Assembly: GCA_031374125.1 (NCBI GenBank)
Contig: JANMFM010000121.1
Location: 1-50,083, forward strand
Origin: Bdellovibrionales bacterium
GTDB taxonomy: Bacteria; Bdellovibrionota; Bdellovibrionia; Bdellovibrionales; JAEYZS01
Direction: 5' to 3'
DNA length: 50,083 nucleotides
Shown here in pieces: positions 1-10,875 of the stretch (the first letter of the stretch is position 1; every line of letters starts with the position of its first letter). The notes beneath the pieces were generated by a model. It was not told the origin of the DNA and searched no databases. It saw only the letters and a program-made list of their open reading frames with translations. The translations under genes and the position numbers were made by a program.

Positions 1-104
1 CCTCAACTTATTTATCAAAATTAAAAATAGACGCAGAGGATGTGATTTTAAAGAAAAATTCCACTTCCAAGGCCGTCTCCCTTAGAGCTATTGTTTGCCC
101 AATG

Positions 105-137
105 AAAAAAAATTGGGTCCGGAATCCTCGGACTCCA
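105..137 (-). terminator. Orphan intrinsic-terminator-like hairpin followed by a T8 tract when read on the minus strand
   Basis: GC stem GTCCG/CGGAC (117-121 with 129-133, 7-nt loop). The A8 run at 105-112 on the plus strand becomes U8 after the hairpin on a minus-strand transcript. No >=60 aa minus-strand ORF lies upstream of it. Confidence 0.3.
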
Positions 138-452
138 GGCCTCCTGGTGCGCACCAACTGCTTATAATTAAATTTTAATTGGTATTGATCGCTTGGAATT
201 TTTCGCCTTTCTTATCGTAATAACTACATCAAAAAAAATTCGGTTTTGTTGTAAATACTTTATCGAATGTTTACTGAAGACCCGTCATCAAAGAGATGCA
301 AATTTTGATTTACTATAGCAATAGTTAGTATTTAGGAATGCTATTGTATTTATAAATAATTAATGTCTTTGTTAATTAATATAAAATACATATTTTTTTT
401 TAAAATTTTCTCCTATTGCTTATTGCAATAAAAACAGTTTTCGGAGGAAATT

Positions 453-743
453 ATGAAAAAAGTATTTTTAGCGATGGCCGCAATGTTTTCAATTGTTGGT
501 TTATATGAAGTTTCTATTGCTGGTCCAAAATATCGAACTGAATTCATTCAGTGTGGAAGCGAAAATTATAAATATAGAGAGTGTAGTGCTTCTTCGGTTA
601 GAATGGTTATGGAGGCAAGACTCTCTCAGCAACACTCAAAAACTTCATGTCGGAAAGGCAGCACTTGGGGCTACGGACGACAAGGAGTTTGGGTAGATAA
701 GGGCTGCAGAGGAACTTTTGAGGTTTCAGGCGTCTCTCTTTAA
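453..743 (+). CDS. Small secreted Cys-rich protein, DUF3011-like
   Basis: N-terminal signal peptide (MKKVFLAMAAMFSIVGLYEVSIAG). Mature part has the pattern C-x-S..Y.Y.EC....V......S...C..G.TWGY...GVWVDKGCRG.FEV, as I recall it for the DUF3011 family. GGAGG-like RBS (cggaggaaatt) before the ATG. Confidence 0.6.
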   Translation: MKKVFLAMAAMFSIVGLYEVSIAGPKYRTEFIQCGSENYKYRECSASSVRMVMEARLSQQHSKTSCRKGSTWGYGRQGVWVDKGCRGTFEVSGVSL

Positions 744-765
744 CACCGAGGAAATAACTCCATAA

Positions 766-804
766 TAAAAAACCCAAAGTGTACTGAGCACTTTGGGTTT
801 TTTT
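766..804. terminator. Bidirectional rho-independent terminator between the DUF3011-like gene and atpE
   Basis: Perfect 9-bp stem CCCAAAGTG/CACTTTGGG (773-781 with 789-797), 7-nt loop, flanked by an A-run (766-772) and a T7 run (798-804). Confidence 0.8.
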
Positions 805-826
805 ATTTTCTTTTCTATTGATCGTT

Positions 827-1132
827 TTAGAATTTGCCGATCAACATGAAAGCAATAACGAAAGCATAAATCACTAGTGACTCGATTAGAGCAAGACCAA
901 TGATCATTGGTACGAACAATTTACCTTGAGCTGCTGGATTTCTAGCAATACCGTCAAGAGCTGCTTGAGCTGCTTTACCTTGTCCAAGAGCACCACCGAA
1001 AGCAGCAATACCAATTGCAAGAGCTGCAGCAAGACCTAACATTCCTGCGTTTGAAGAGTTAGCTGCAGCTTCTTGAGCAAATGCTGGAAGTGCAAACATA
1101 GAAAGAGCGATAACTGTAAAAATTCTTTTCAT
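827..1132 (-). CDS. atpE: F0F1 ATP synthase subunit c, with a signal-peptide-like N-terminal extension
   Basis: Translation GGALGQGKAAQAALDGIARNP...MIIGLALIESLVIYAFVIAF is a typical c-subunit hairpin with the carboxylate E. I chose the internal ATG at 1130-1132 (MKRIFTV...) because it has AAAAGGAG 8 nt upstream. The longer 141-aa ORF overlaps atpB. Confidence 0.9.
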   Translation of the reverse strand: MKRIFTVIALSMFALPAFAQEAAANSSNAGMLGLAAALAIGIAAFGGALGQGKAAQAALDGIARNPAAQGKLFVPMIIGLALIESLVIYAFVIAFMLIGKF

Positions 1133-1157
1133 TTTATTTTCTCCTTTTAGAAAATGA

Positions 1158-1871
1158 TTAATGATGGTCGTCGTGTGCTGTCGCCATGGATACGTACACC
1201 ATAGATAACAACGTGAAAACAAATGCCTGAACAAAACAAACGAAAAGCCCAAGAAGATAAAATATCACTGGGATTCCGACTGGAACTAGATCTGTGAAAA
1301 TACCAAGAACGGTATGGTCACCAACCATGTTTCCTCTTAAGCGCAAACCCAAACTCATCGGGCGTACTGCGTGTGAAACTAATTCGATTACAAACATCAA
1401 AGGTAATAATAATAAAATCGGAGAAAGATTCAAAGGTAAGTGACCTGTGAATTGCTTAATGTAAGCGCCGCCGTGCTCTCTGATCCCAAGGGCTGTATAA
1501 GCAACAAAAGTGAAAAGGCCAACTGCAAGAGTTGTGTTGAAGTTATCTGTAGCCGGAGTCATTCCCGGAACCAAGCCCATAAGGTTATTCACAAGAATAT
1601 ATAAGAAAATTGCGCCAAACATGGGGACATATTTTTTTCCGTGAGTACCAACTACAGTATCTACAAGTCCATTGATGAATTCTGTTAATACTTCTGCCAG
1701 TGCCTTCACTGAAAATTTATCAGCTGGATCAAATGTAGGATTTTTTTTGTAAGCGATATACGCTATCAGGCTGAAAAGAATTAAAAGGAGAGTTACAAAA
1801 GCTGCTGTTGCAACGTGACTGTAGTGATGTCCAACGCCAGGAATTAATTGCATCCAATTAAAATGTGTCAT
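1158..1871 (-). CDS. atpB: F0F1 ATP synthase subunit a
   Basis: 237-aa polytopic membrane protein with the conserved LSLGLRLRGNM arginine motif. It sits directly upstream of atpE. Confidence 0.92.
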   Translation of the reverse strand: MTHFNWMQLIPGVGHHYSHVATAAFVTLLLILFSLIAYIAYKKNPTFDPADKFSVKALAEVLTEFINGLVDTVVGTHGKKYVPMFGAIFLYILVNNLMGLVPGMTPATDNFNTTLAVGLFTFVAYTALGIREHGGAYIKQFTGHLPLNLSPILLLLPLMFVIELVSHAVRPMSLGLRLRGNMVGDHTVLGIFTDLVPVGIPVIFYLLGLFVCFVQAFVFTLLSMVYVSMATAHDDHH

Positions 1872-1913
1872 TTTAAAATCTCTTTCGTTTCTCCAGAATC
1901 AATCTGGATTTTA

Positions 1914-2273
1914 TTATCTGAGTTCTTCTTTTTTTAGCTGCTTCCAATACAAGATCATTAATCCTGCAATTGATGGAAGAAGTATACTTAGGCCTACAAC
2001 AAACCAAGAAACCATCAAGTATTTTGAGGTCACAAGGAAGTAAAGTCCGAGTCCAAAAATCGTGTATTTAAATATAATGAGGATGAAGCTTAGGGCAACT
2101 GATTTTTTCCTAAAAAGTCTCGATACAATGAAGACCAAAAACATGGTGTTTATCGTGGCAAATGCAGCTCCAGCAAAGAATGAAATTCCTTCCGTTCTAC
2201 CTGCAACCATATGAATAATGATCGTGAAAAGTAAGCTTAATGAAATTTGAAGTGTAAAAAGGGCTTTTAACAT
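1914..2273 (-). CDS. atpI: ATP synthase protein I-like small membrane protein
   Basis: Hydrophobic protein of about 119 aa with four predicted helices, immediately upstream of atpB. Start moved to the ATG at 2271-2273 to remove a 110-nt overlap with the upstream small ORF. Confidence 0.55.
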   Translation of the reverse strand: MLKALFTLQISLSLLFTIIIHMVAGRTEGISFFAGAAFATINTMFLVFIVSRLFRKKSVALSFILIIFKYTIFGLGLYFLVTSKYLMVSWFVVGLSILLPSIAGLMILYWKQLKKEELR

Positions 2274-2277
2274 GTTC

Positions 2278-2472
2278 CTACCGTAAGTTTTTGAAGGCTT
2301 GCATGAGATGAATAACCCAAACGACCAAAGCAAGTACAGCGCCGCAAGCCACACCAATTCCTGACCAGCCCATATGTTGATCAACATAATACCCTGCGTA
2401 AACCAAAGACACTACAAGTGCCACAAGTTCAAACACCAATCCTAAAAATATAAGGTATTCGCGTTTACCCAT
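2278..2472 (-). CDS. AtpZ/AtpR-like small two-helix membrane protein (putative F0F1-ATPase-associated)
   Basis: 64 aa with two hydrophobic helices. It is the first gene of the atpI-atpB-atpE cluster, the position typical of AtpZ/AtpR. Confidence 0.5.
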   Translation of the reverse strand: MGKREYLIFLGLVFELVALVVSLVYAGYYVDQHMGWSGIGVACGAVLALVVWVIHLMQAFKNLR

Positions 2473-2486
2473 TATACACTCCCGTA

Positions 2487-3326
2487 TTATCTTTTTAATC
2501 CAGATGCACCTGGCATAAAAGCTTTTCGTTCTTTGAGTCTTTCGATCTTTGCATCCAAAGCTTCAGGATTTTCTATTTGCGAACGAACAGATTCTAAAAC
2601 TGATACAGCTTGATCTAAAAGTTTTTGTTCTTCGAGTAAAAGTACTTCGTTCATAAAAACCTGATTTCTAAAATATAAATCTTTAAAATTCTCTTTGATT
2701 TCTTTATATGTATTCATTGCATCCGTATATTTTTTGTTAGCCGATTGAATGTCGGCTTTTAAAAGATATCCTTCAAATTTTTCATGATCATCTTTTACTT
2801 CCTTTATGTAGGAATTGAGCTCTATCTCTGCTTGGTAAAAGTTTTTAATGTAGAAATTACTCTTTGCCAGTTTAATTTTTATCTCAGCTCTTCCATCTTT
2901 GAAGTTTGCTTTTGATAGCAGCCTGTTCATTTCATCAATGGCCTGAGGATAAAATCCTTTATCGTAATAAATTTCAGCTAAGCGTTTTTGTGACGCAATT
3001 TGATCTGCTTCTTTGTCTGATTTTTCAATGATGTATTTTAAAAAAAATTCTTCCCGGTCTGCACAAGTTTTTTCTTTGAGGCACAGGCTCGAAGCTTCGA
3101 GCGCGGCTCTTATGGCAACAGAATCTTGCTTGTAAACTTGAATAACTTTTTTATAAAGATCTAGGGCTTCCGTTGCCGTTCTCGCAGATCTTGCGTCTTT
3201 TAGCTCCCCTTCTCCTTTGCGTTCTTCGCAAGAGGTGAGAAGCCCGACGCACCCAACGAAAATTAGGAGGTTTACAATTATTTTATTGAAGTGTTGCAGA
3301 TGAAGGTTCACCTGTATCCGCCTCAT
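2487..3326 (-). CDS. TPR-repeat lipoprotein
   Basis: Lipobox LLTS-C after a hydrophobic segment ([17 protein letters not shown]). The rest is helical and TPR-like (repeated A..Y/ A..L patterns). Start is uncertain: the first in-frame ATG (3324-3326) overlaps the gyrA 3' end by 44 nt. Confidence 0.6.
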   Translation of the reverse strand: MRRIQVNLHLQHFNKIIVNLLIFVGCVGLLTSCEERKGEGELKDARSARTATEALDLYKKVIQVYKQDSVAIRAALEASSLCLKEKTCADREEFFLKYIIEKSDKEADQIASQKRLAEIYYDKGFYPQAIDEMNRLLSKANFKDGRAEIKIKLAKSNFYIKNFYQAEIELNSYIKEVKDDHEKFEGYLLKADIQSANKKYTDAMNTYKEIKENFKDLYFRNQVFMNEVLLLEEQKLLDQAVSVLESVRSQIENPEALDAKIERLKERKAFMPGASGLKR

Positions 3327-5766
3327 CTTCTTCGGCGACTTTAGCAACGCTCGAAACGATTTCGCTTTCATTGACGTTAATGAGTTTAACGCCTTGTGTG
3401 TTTCTTCCTAGTAACGAAATGTTGTTGCACTTAATACGGATCACCTGACCCTTGTCTGTCATCAACATCACGTCTTCATTTTCACTCACTAGAATGGTCG
3501 ATATCACATCGCCGACCTTATCACTTGTTTTTTGAGTGATAATACCGACGCCACCGCGACCTTGTGTTCTGTATTCAGAGGTTTCACTACGCTTGCCGTA
3601 GCCTTTTCCTGTCACCATCAAGATATGTTTTTTACAGTCTGGAGTGATGATTTCACAGCCGATCACGTGGTCACCTTTACCAAGCGTAACAGCTTTAACG
3701 CCTCTAGCGGTTCTGCCCATTGGACGTGTTTCTTCCTCGCTAAATCGGATCGACATACCTTCACGTGTTGCCACAAAGATATCGTCTTTTCCAGAGGTCA
3801 CCTGAGCACAAATCAACGAATCATCAAGGTCTGTAGTCAATGCGATAATTCCTGATGGCCTTGGGTTTGAGAAGTTATCGAGAGTTGTTTTCTTGATAAT
3901 CCCGTTTTTAGTAATGAGAACAACAAACTTATCCGCTGTGAATTCCTCAATTGGCAGGATGGCTTGAACTTTTTCGTTCGCCGCCAACTGCACGACATTG
4001 GCAATCGCTTTACCTTTAGATTGTCTGTTTCCGGCTGGAAGTCTATGAACTTTACACCAGTAAACTTTTCCTTTGTCCGTGAATACCAGAAGGGTTGTAT
4101 GGGTGCTGGCAGTGAAAATATTTGTTACGAAATCTTCTTCACGAGTTTCAACGCCTTTTAATCCTTTACCACCACGTCTTTGTGCTCGGTACGTTTCAAC
4201 TGGAATACGCTTGATGTAACCACTGTTTGTGATTGTCACCATAACATTTTCTTGCTGAATCAGATCTTCGTCTTCCATGTCTTCTGATTCTTCTTGTACG
4301 ATTTGAGTTTTTCTTGGATTGCTGTACGATTTTTTAATTTCTTCTAATTCTTGCACGATGATCTTATAGATTTCTTTCACATCGCCAAGAACCATCTTGA
4401 GCCACGTGATTTCTTTTTCGATTTCTGCTACTTCATCAATGATTTTTTGTCTCTCTAAACCAGTTAGTCTTTGAAGTCTCATGTCCAAAATAGCTTGCGC
4501 TTGAATTTCAGAGAATGAGAATTTCGTGATCAATCCAATTTTTGCGCCTTGTGCATCAGGGCTCTTTCTGATTGTCGCAACAACATCATCGATATTGTCG
4601 AGAGCCATTTTTAAACCCATTAAAATATGAATTCTTGCTTCAGCTTTCTTGAGATCAAAGATACACCTTTTTGTTACAACTTCACGTCTGTGATGAACAA
4701 AGGCTTCAAGAGCTTCTTTTAAGTTAAAGACTTTTGGACGAGACCCTTTATCAAGAGCTAAGAGGATAATACCAAATCTTGTTTCCATTTGTGTGAACTT
4801 GTAAAGGCGGTTCATAACTACGCTTGCAGTTTCTCCGCGCTTCACATCGATTACGATTCTCATTCCTTCGCGTGATGATTCATCTCTGATGTCCGAAACA
4901 CCTTCGATTTTTTTATCTCTCACAAGGTCAGCAATCGATTCGATAAGTTTTGATTTGTTCACTTGATATGGAATTTCAGTTACGACGATTCTTTCTCTGT
5001 CTGCGCCGTAAGTTTCAATTTCGGAAACAGCTTTTAGCGTGATCCCTCCGCGACCTGTTTTATAAGCATCTAAAATTCCAGATTTACCAGCAATCACGCC
5101 CGCGGTAGGGAAGTCTGGGCCTTTAATGTGTTGAAGTAGGTCGATCAGATTACAATTTGGATTTTTAATGATTTCAATACAGCCATCAATCACTTCGCCC
5201 AAGTTGTGGGGTGGAATATTTGTAGCCATACCAACCGCGATACCAGAGCTTCCGTTAACAAGAAGATTTGGAAATTTTGCTGGAAGTACTAATGGAATTT
5301 CTAAAGAGTCATCGTAGTTTGGACCGAAAGCTACCGTTTCTTTATCGATATCGTTTAGTAGTTCTTCAGCAAGCTTTGTCATACGGATTTCCGTATACCT
5401 CATCGCCGCTGGGCTATCGCCATCGATAGAACCGAAGTTACCTTGACCATCGATCAACGGATATCTCAAAGAGAAATCCTGCGCCATTCTCACTGCTGTA
5501 TCATAAACTGCTGTATCTCCATGGGGATGGTATTTACCGATCACATCACCAACAACTCTTGCAGATTTTTTGTAAGGCTTGTTGTGATAGTTTCCCATTT
5601 CTTTCATGGCAAAGAGAATTCTTCTGTGAACCGGCTTTAGACCATCTCTCACATCAGGGAGAGCTCTACCAACGATCACACTCATAGAGTACTGAAGGTA
5701 AGCCTCTTTCATTTCCTTGTTGATATCGACGTTAATTATATTTTTATTTTCTGGCTGTTGTTCCAT
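3283..5766 (-). CDS. gyrA: DNA gyrase subunit A
   Basis: Translation carries hallmark GyrA motifs: [30 protein letters not shown] (catalytic Tyr region), and beta-pinwheel repeats in the C-terminal domain. Confidence 0.98.
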   Translation of the reverse strand: MEQQPENKNIINVDINKEMKEAYLQYSMSVIVGRALPDVRDGLKPVHRRILFAMKEMGNYHNKPYKKSARVVGDVIGKYHPHGDTAVYDTAVRMAQDFSLRYPLIDGQGNFGSIDGDSPAAMRYTEIRMTKLAEELLNDIDKETVAFGPNYDDSLEIPLVLPAKFPNLLVNGSSGIAVGMATNIPPHNLGEVIDGCIEIIKNPNCNLIDLLQHIKGPDFPTAGVIAGKSGILDAYKTGRGGITLKAVSEIETYGADRERIVVTEIPYQVNKSKLIESIADLVRDKKIEGVSDIRDESSREGMRIVIDVKRGETASVVMNRLYKFTQMETRFGIILLALDKGSRPKVFNLKEALEAFVHHRREVVTKRCIFDLKKAEARIHILMGLKMALDNIDDVVATIRKSPDAQGAKIGLITKFSFSEIQAQAILDMRLQRLTGLERQKIIDEVAEIEKEITWLKMVLGDVKEIYKIIVQELEEIKKSYSNPRKTQIVQEESEDMEDEDLIQQENVMVTITNSGYIKRIPVETYRAQRRGGKGLKGVETREEDFVTNIFTASTHTTLLVFTDKGKVYWCKVHRLPAGNRQSKGKAIANVVQLAANEKVQAILPIEEFTADKFVVLITKNGIIKKTTLDNFSNPRPSGIIALTTDLDDSLICAQVTSGKDDIFVATREGMSIRFSEEETRPMGRTARGVKAVTLGKGDHVIGCEIITPDCKKHILMVTGKGYGKRSETSEYRTQGRGGVGIITQKTSDKVGDVISTILVSENEDVMLMTDKGQVIRIKCNNISLLGRNTQGVKLINVNESEIVSSVAKVAEEDEADTGEPSSATLQ

Positions 5767-5795
5767 GCTTTCCTAATTTTCTTACTAAACTTTCT

Positions 5796-8237
<2,442 letters not shown>

Positions 8238-8260
8238 CTATGTCGAAACTCAAATTGTTT

Positions 8261-9394
8261 TTAAAAAACAATGCTTCCATCTTTCACATTCAACACAGAT
8301 ACATCCGAGTTCGATAACTGCTGGCTACTCACCAGTGCGTCGTCAAGGTCTGTGGTTGTCAGGAAAGTCTGCGCTTCGTTCTTGTTTAAAAACGAAATGA
8401 GGAACGATCTTTTTTCCCTATCAAATTCCGATAAAACATCATCGAGAATTAATATAGGATAATAACCATAAATGGCCTTGTGATACAAGATTTGGGTGAA
8501 TTTAAATGCCAAAATAAGCGCTCTCTGCTGCCCCTGCGAACAGTAAAATCTGCTGTCTGAACTACCGTACTCAAAAACAACATCGTGCTTATGAGGACCG
8601 TATAACGAATTTCCGGCGCTCATTTCTATAGCGAGCTTCTCCTCCAGGTCTTTACGCAATGTATTAGATACGAAATCTTTAGAATTTTCGTGTTCTTGAG
8701 ACTTAATCACATAGTTCACAGCTATATCCACATTTTTGCCTGTGATCTCCGTCAACGATTGTTGATTAAGGTTGTGGATATTTTTTAAGAGTGAAATTCG
8801 CAAATTTGAAAGCTCAGTGGCATGTTCAATAAAAACTGGATTGATTCCCATCAAAAGATCTTTAGTTTGGCCCGCGGTCATGCGACCTTGCTTGAATTGT
8901 CTCAAAACATGATTTTTTATTTTCAAAATTTTTCTGAAATTTTGAATGGCTTTAACGTTACCTTCGTTTTCTAAAATGAGGGTTTCGTCTATGAGTGTTC
9001 GTCTGGCTTCGGGCCCGTCTTTTATCGCCGATAAACTTTCTGGAGAGAATAAAATAACAGGAAATGTTTTGAATATTTTTAAGGCGTTGGTTTTTTTTCC
9101 ATTCAGTGTTTGGATTTTAGAATCATTAATTATTCTCGCTTCGAGATCTATTTCTGTTTTATCTGCAAATGCTTTTCCGTAAATCCTTGTTCCTTCTTGA
9201 GAATCATTTTTTACGAGATGTTGTAGATCAGAAGTTCTAAAACTTTTTCCTTTAGATAAAAAATAAATGGATTCAACAAGGTTGGTTTTACCTTGGCCAT
9301 TTAACCCCTTAAATACCACAACATGAGAGTCAAAATTAAGATTTTGCTCTCGGATATTCCTGAAATTATAAAGATTTAAATTTTTTAATTTCAC
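8261..9394 (-). CDS. recF: DNA replication/repair protein RecF
   Basis: Walker A GLNGQGKTNLVESI. SMC-like signature SQGQQRAL and Walker B ILILDDVLSEFD. Canonical position between dnaN and gyrB. GTG start. Confidence 0.94.
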   Translation of the reverse strand: MKLKNLNLYNFRNIREQNLNFDSHVVVFKGLNGQGKTNLVESIYFLSKGKSFRTSDLQHLVKNDSQEGTRIYGKAFADKTEIDLEARIINDSKIQTLNGKKTNALKIFKTFPVILFSPESLSAIKDGPEARRTLIDETLILENEGNVKAIQNFRKILKIKNHVLRQFKQGRMTAGQTKDLLMGINPVFIEHATELSNLRISLLKNIHNLNQQSLTEITGKNVDIAVNYVIKSQEHENSKDFVSNTLRKDLEEKLAIEMSAGNSLYGPHKHDVVFEYGSSDSRFYCSQGQQRALILAFKFTQILYHKAIYGYYPILILDDVLSEFDREKRSFLISFLNKNEAQTFLTTTDLDDALVSSQQLSNSDVSVLNVKDGSIVF

Positions 9395-9430
9395 AATTAT
9401 CTTCTAGAACTCTAAACCAGAGCTTCTGGT

Positions 9431-10573
9431 TTATATTCTCATTGGCATAACAATACACGTGTACTTGTTATCTTGTTTTGGTCTGAATAATCCTGGTGAT
9501 AATTGATCGTTCAATTCAATTTCTACTTCATCTTCGTTAAAGCTATTTAAAATATCTAAAAGATATCTAGCATTGAATCCGATTTTGATTTCTTCACCGT
9601 CATAGCTCACTTGAATTTCTTCTTTTGCGTCTCCAAGTTCTGGGTTATTTGTCGTGATCGACATGACTCCATGAGAAAGAGTTACAGTGATGCCTTTTGA
9701 TTTTTTATTTGAAAGTAATGAAACTCTCTTCAAGCTTTGAATCAATTCATGTCTTGAGGCAACAATATTTCTAGAGAGAGATTTAGGAATAAGTTGTAGG
9801 AAGTTTGGATATTTTCCTTCGATCAAACGAATCATTAGTACAGCAGAATTATTTTTCAAGATCAGTTGTGGGCCTTCCACTGTGAACTCAACATCTTCCA
9901 TTGAAGTTTCTAAAATTTTAGAAATTTCTGAGAGACCTTTTCTAGGAATAATCACACCTTTTTCAAATTTAACTTTTCCGTCTGCTTCAAATCCAGTTTC
10001 TCTGTCTACAAGTGAAAGTCTATGGCCGTCTGTTGCTACCATTCGGTATTGATAAGAATTCCCGTTTTTGATTTGTTCAAAGAATACGCCGTTCAAGTGG
10101 TAACGAGTTTCATCTGTTGAAACACTGTAAATTGTTTTTTCGATCATTTCTTTTAAAGTTGAAGATTTGATTTTTACAAAACTATCAGAAGTGTAAGTTG
10201 GGAACATCGGGTATTCTTCTGGGTTTTTGCCAACCAAGTTGAAAACTGCTTTTCCTTGTTGAACGAATAACCAGTTGTTGTCTTTACTTTTTAATTGAAT
10301 GATTCCATCGTCGTTTAATTCTTTAACGATCTGGAAAAGTTGTTTTGCATCTACGGCTACTTTTCCTGGCTCTGAAACTTTACAAGGGGCCTCATCGGTT
10401 AAACTCACTTCTAAATCCGTAGCGTAAACTTTAAGCGTATCACCTTTTGGTGATTTGTTACTTGCTTCGATAAGTACGTTCACCAGTATTGGCATCGTGT
10501 TTCTTTTCTCCACGATGTTTTGCGTCTTACCAATTATCTCTAAAAGATCTGACTTCTTGATTTTTAATTCCAT
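9431..10573 (-). CDS. dnaN: DNA polymerase III beta sliding clamp
   Basis: 380 aa with three-domain clamp-like sequence ending ...CIVMPMRI, a typical DnaN C-terminus. Located next to dnaA. Confidence 0.96.
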   Translation of the reverse strand: MELKIKKSDLLEIIGKTQNIVEKRNTMPILVNVLIEASNKSPKGDTLKVYATDLEVSLTDEAPCKVSEPGKVAVDAKQLFQIVKELNDDGIIQLKSKDNNWLFVQQGKAVFNLVGKNPEEYPMFPTYTSDSFVKIKSSTLKEMIEKTIYSVSTDETRYHLNGVFFEQIKNGNSYQYRMVATDGHRLSLVDRETGFEADGKVKFEKGVIIPRKGLSEISKILETSMEDVEFTVEGPQLILKNNSAVLMIRLIEGKYPNFLQLIPKSLSRNIVASRHELIQSLKRVSLLSNKKSKGITVTLSHGVMSITTNNPELGDAKEEIQVSYDGEEIKIGFNARYLLDILNSFNEDEVEIELNDQLSPGLFRPKQDNKYTCIVMPMRI

Positions 10574-10875
10574 TTTACTTCCTTGTCTGAAGTTTTTTAA
10601 GCTTTACAGCTCATATAAGTTTTCTTACTTTCTTGCTCTTATATACTATTTTAATATCTATATATAAATATAGTAGTAGTAGTAGGTCCGTTGATAACTG
10701 CAAATCGAACTTAAACTACCAGAAAGATTCAATATTCGACGTGGATAAAGTCCACCATAACAAACACTCAAACTTTCCACTTTTTGTGGACAACTACTCA
10801 TCCCCAACCATTCAACGTGTTATCCACACCGAATGTCCACAATCCACATTCACACTCCTGTGGTATTGTGGATCT
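10574..10875. other. Candidate chromosomal replication origin (oriC) in the dnaN-dnaA spacer
   Basis: AT-rich tract at 10600-10685 includes tatatactattttaatatctatatataaatata and (TAG)5 at 10671-10685. It is followed by a cluster of DnaA-box-like 9-mers (listed in the next feature). Coding strand flips from minus to plus just to the right, at rpmH. Confidence 0.65.
10740..10875. promoter_or_regulatory. DnaA-box cluster
   Basis: Perfect TTATCCACA at 10820-10828. One-mismatch boxes cGTGGATAA at 10740-10748 and TGTGGAcAA at 10785-10793. Two-mismatch boxes aTgTCCACA at 10833-10841, caATCCACA at 10840-10848 and TGTGGATct at 10867-10875 (the last is inside the dnaA 3' end). Confidence 0.7.

Noticed and set aside
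105-170. tRNA fragment, tmRNA end or SRP RNA at the GC-rich element (GGTCCGGAA..., ...GGTGCGCACCA)
   Set aside because: The 5-bp stem with a 7-nt loop lacks the TTCRANY T-loop on either strand. There is no acceptor or anticodon arm. The SRP domain IV motif (GGAAGCAGCC-type) is absent after GGTCCGGAA.
827-1252. Full 141-aa version of the atpE ORF
   Set aside because: The first 40 codons overlap the atpB 3' end and look non-protein-like. The internal ATG at 1130-1132 has a strong RBS and yields a normal c-subunit precursor.
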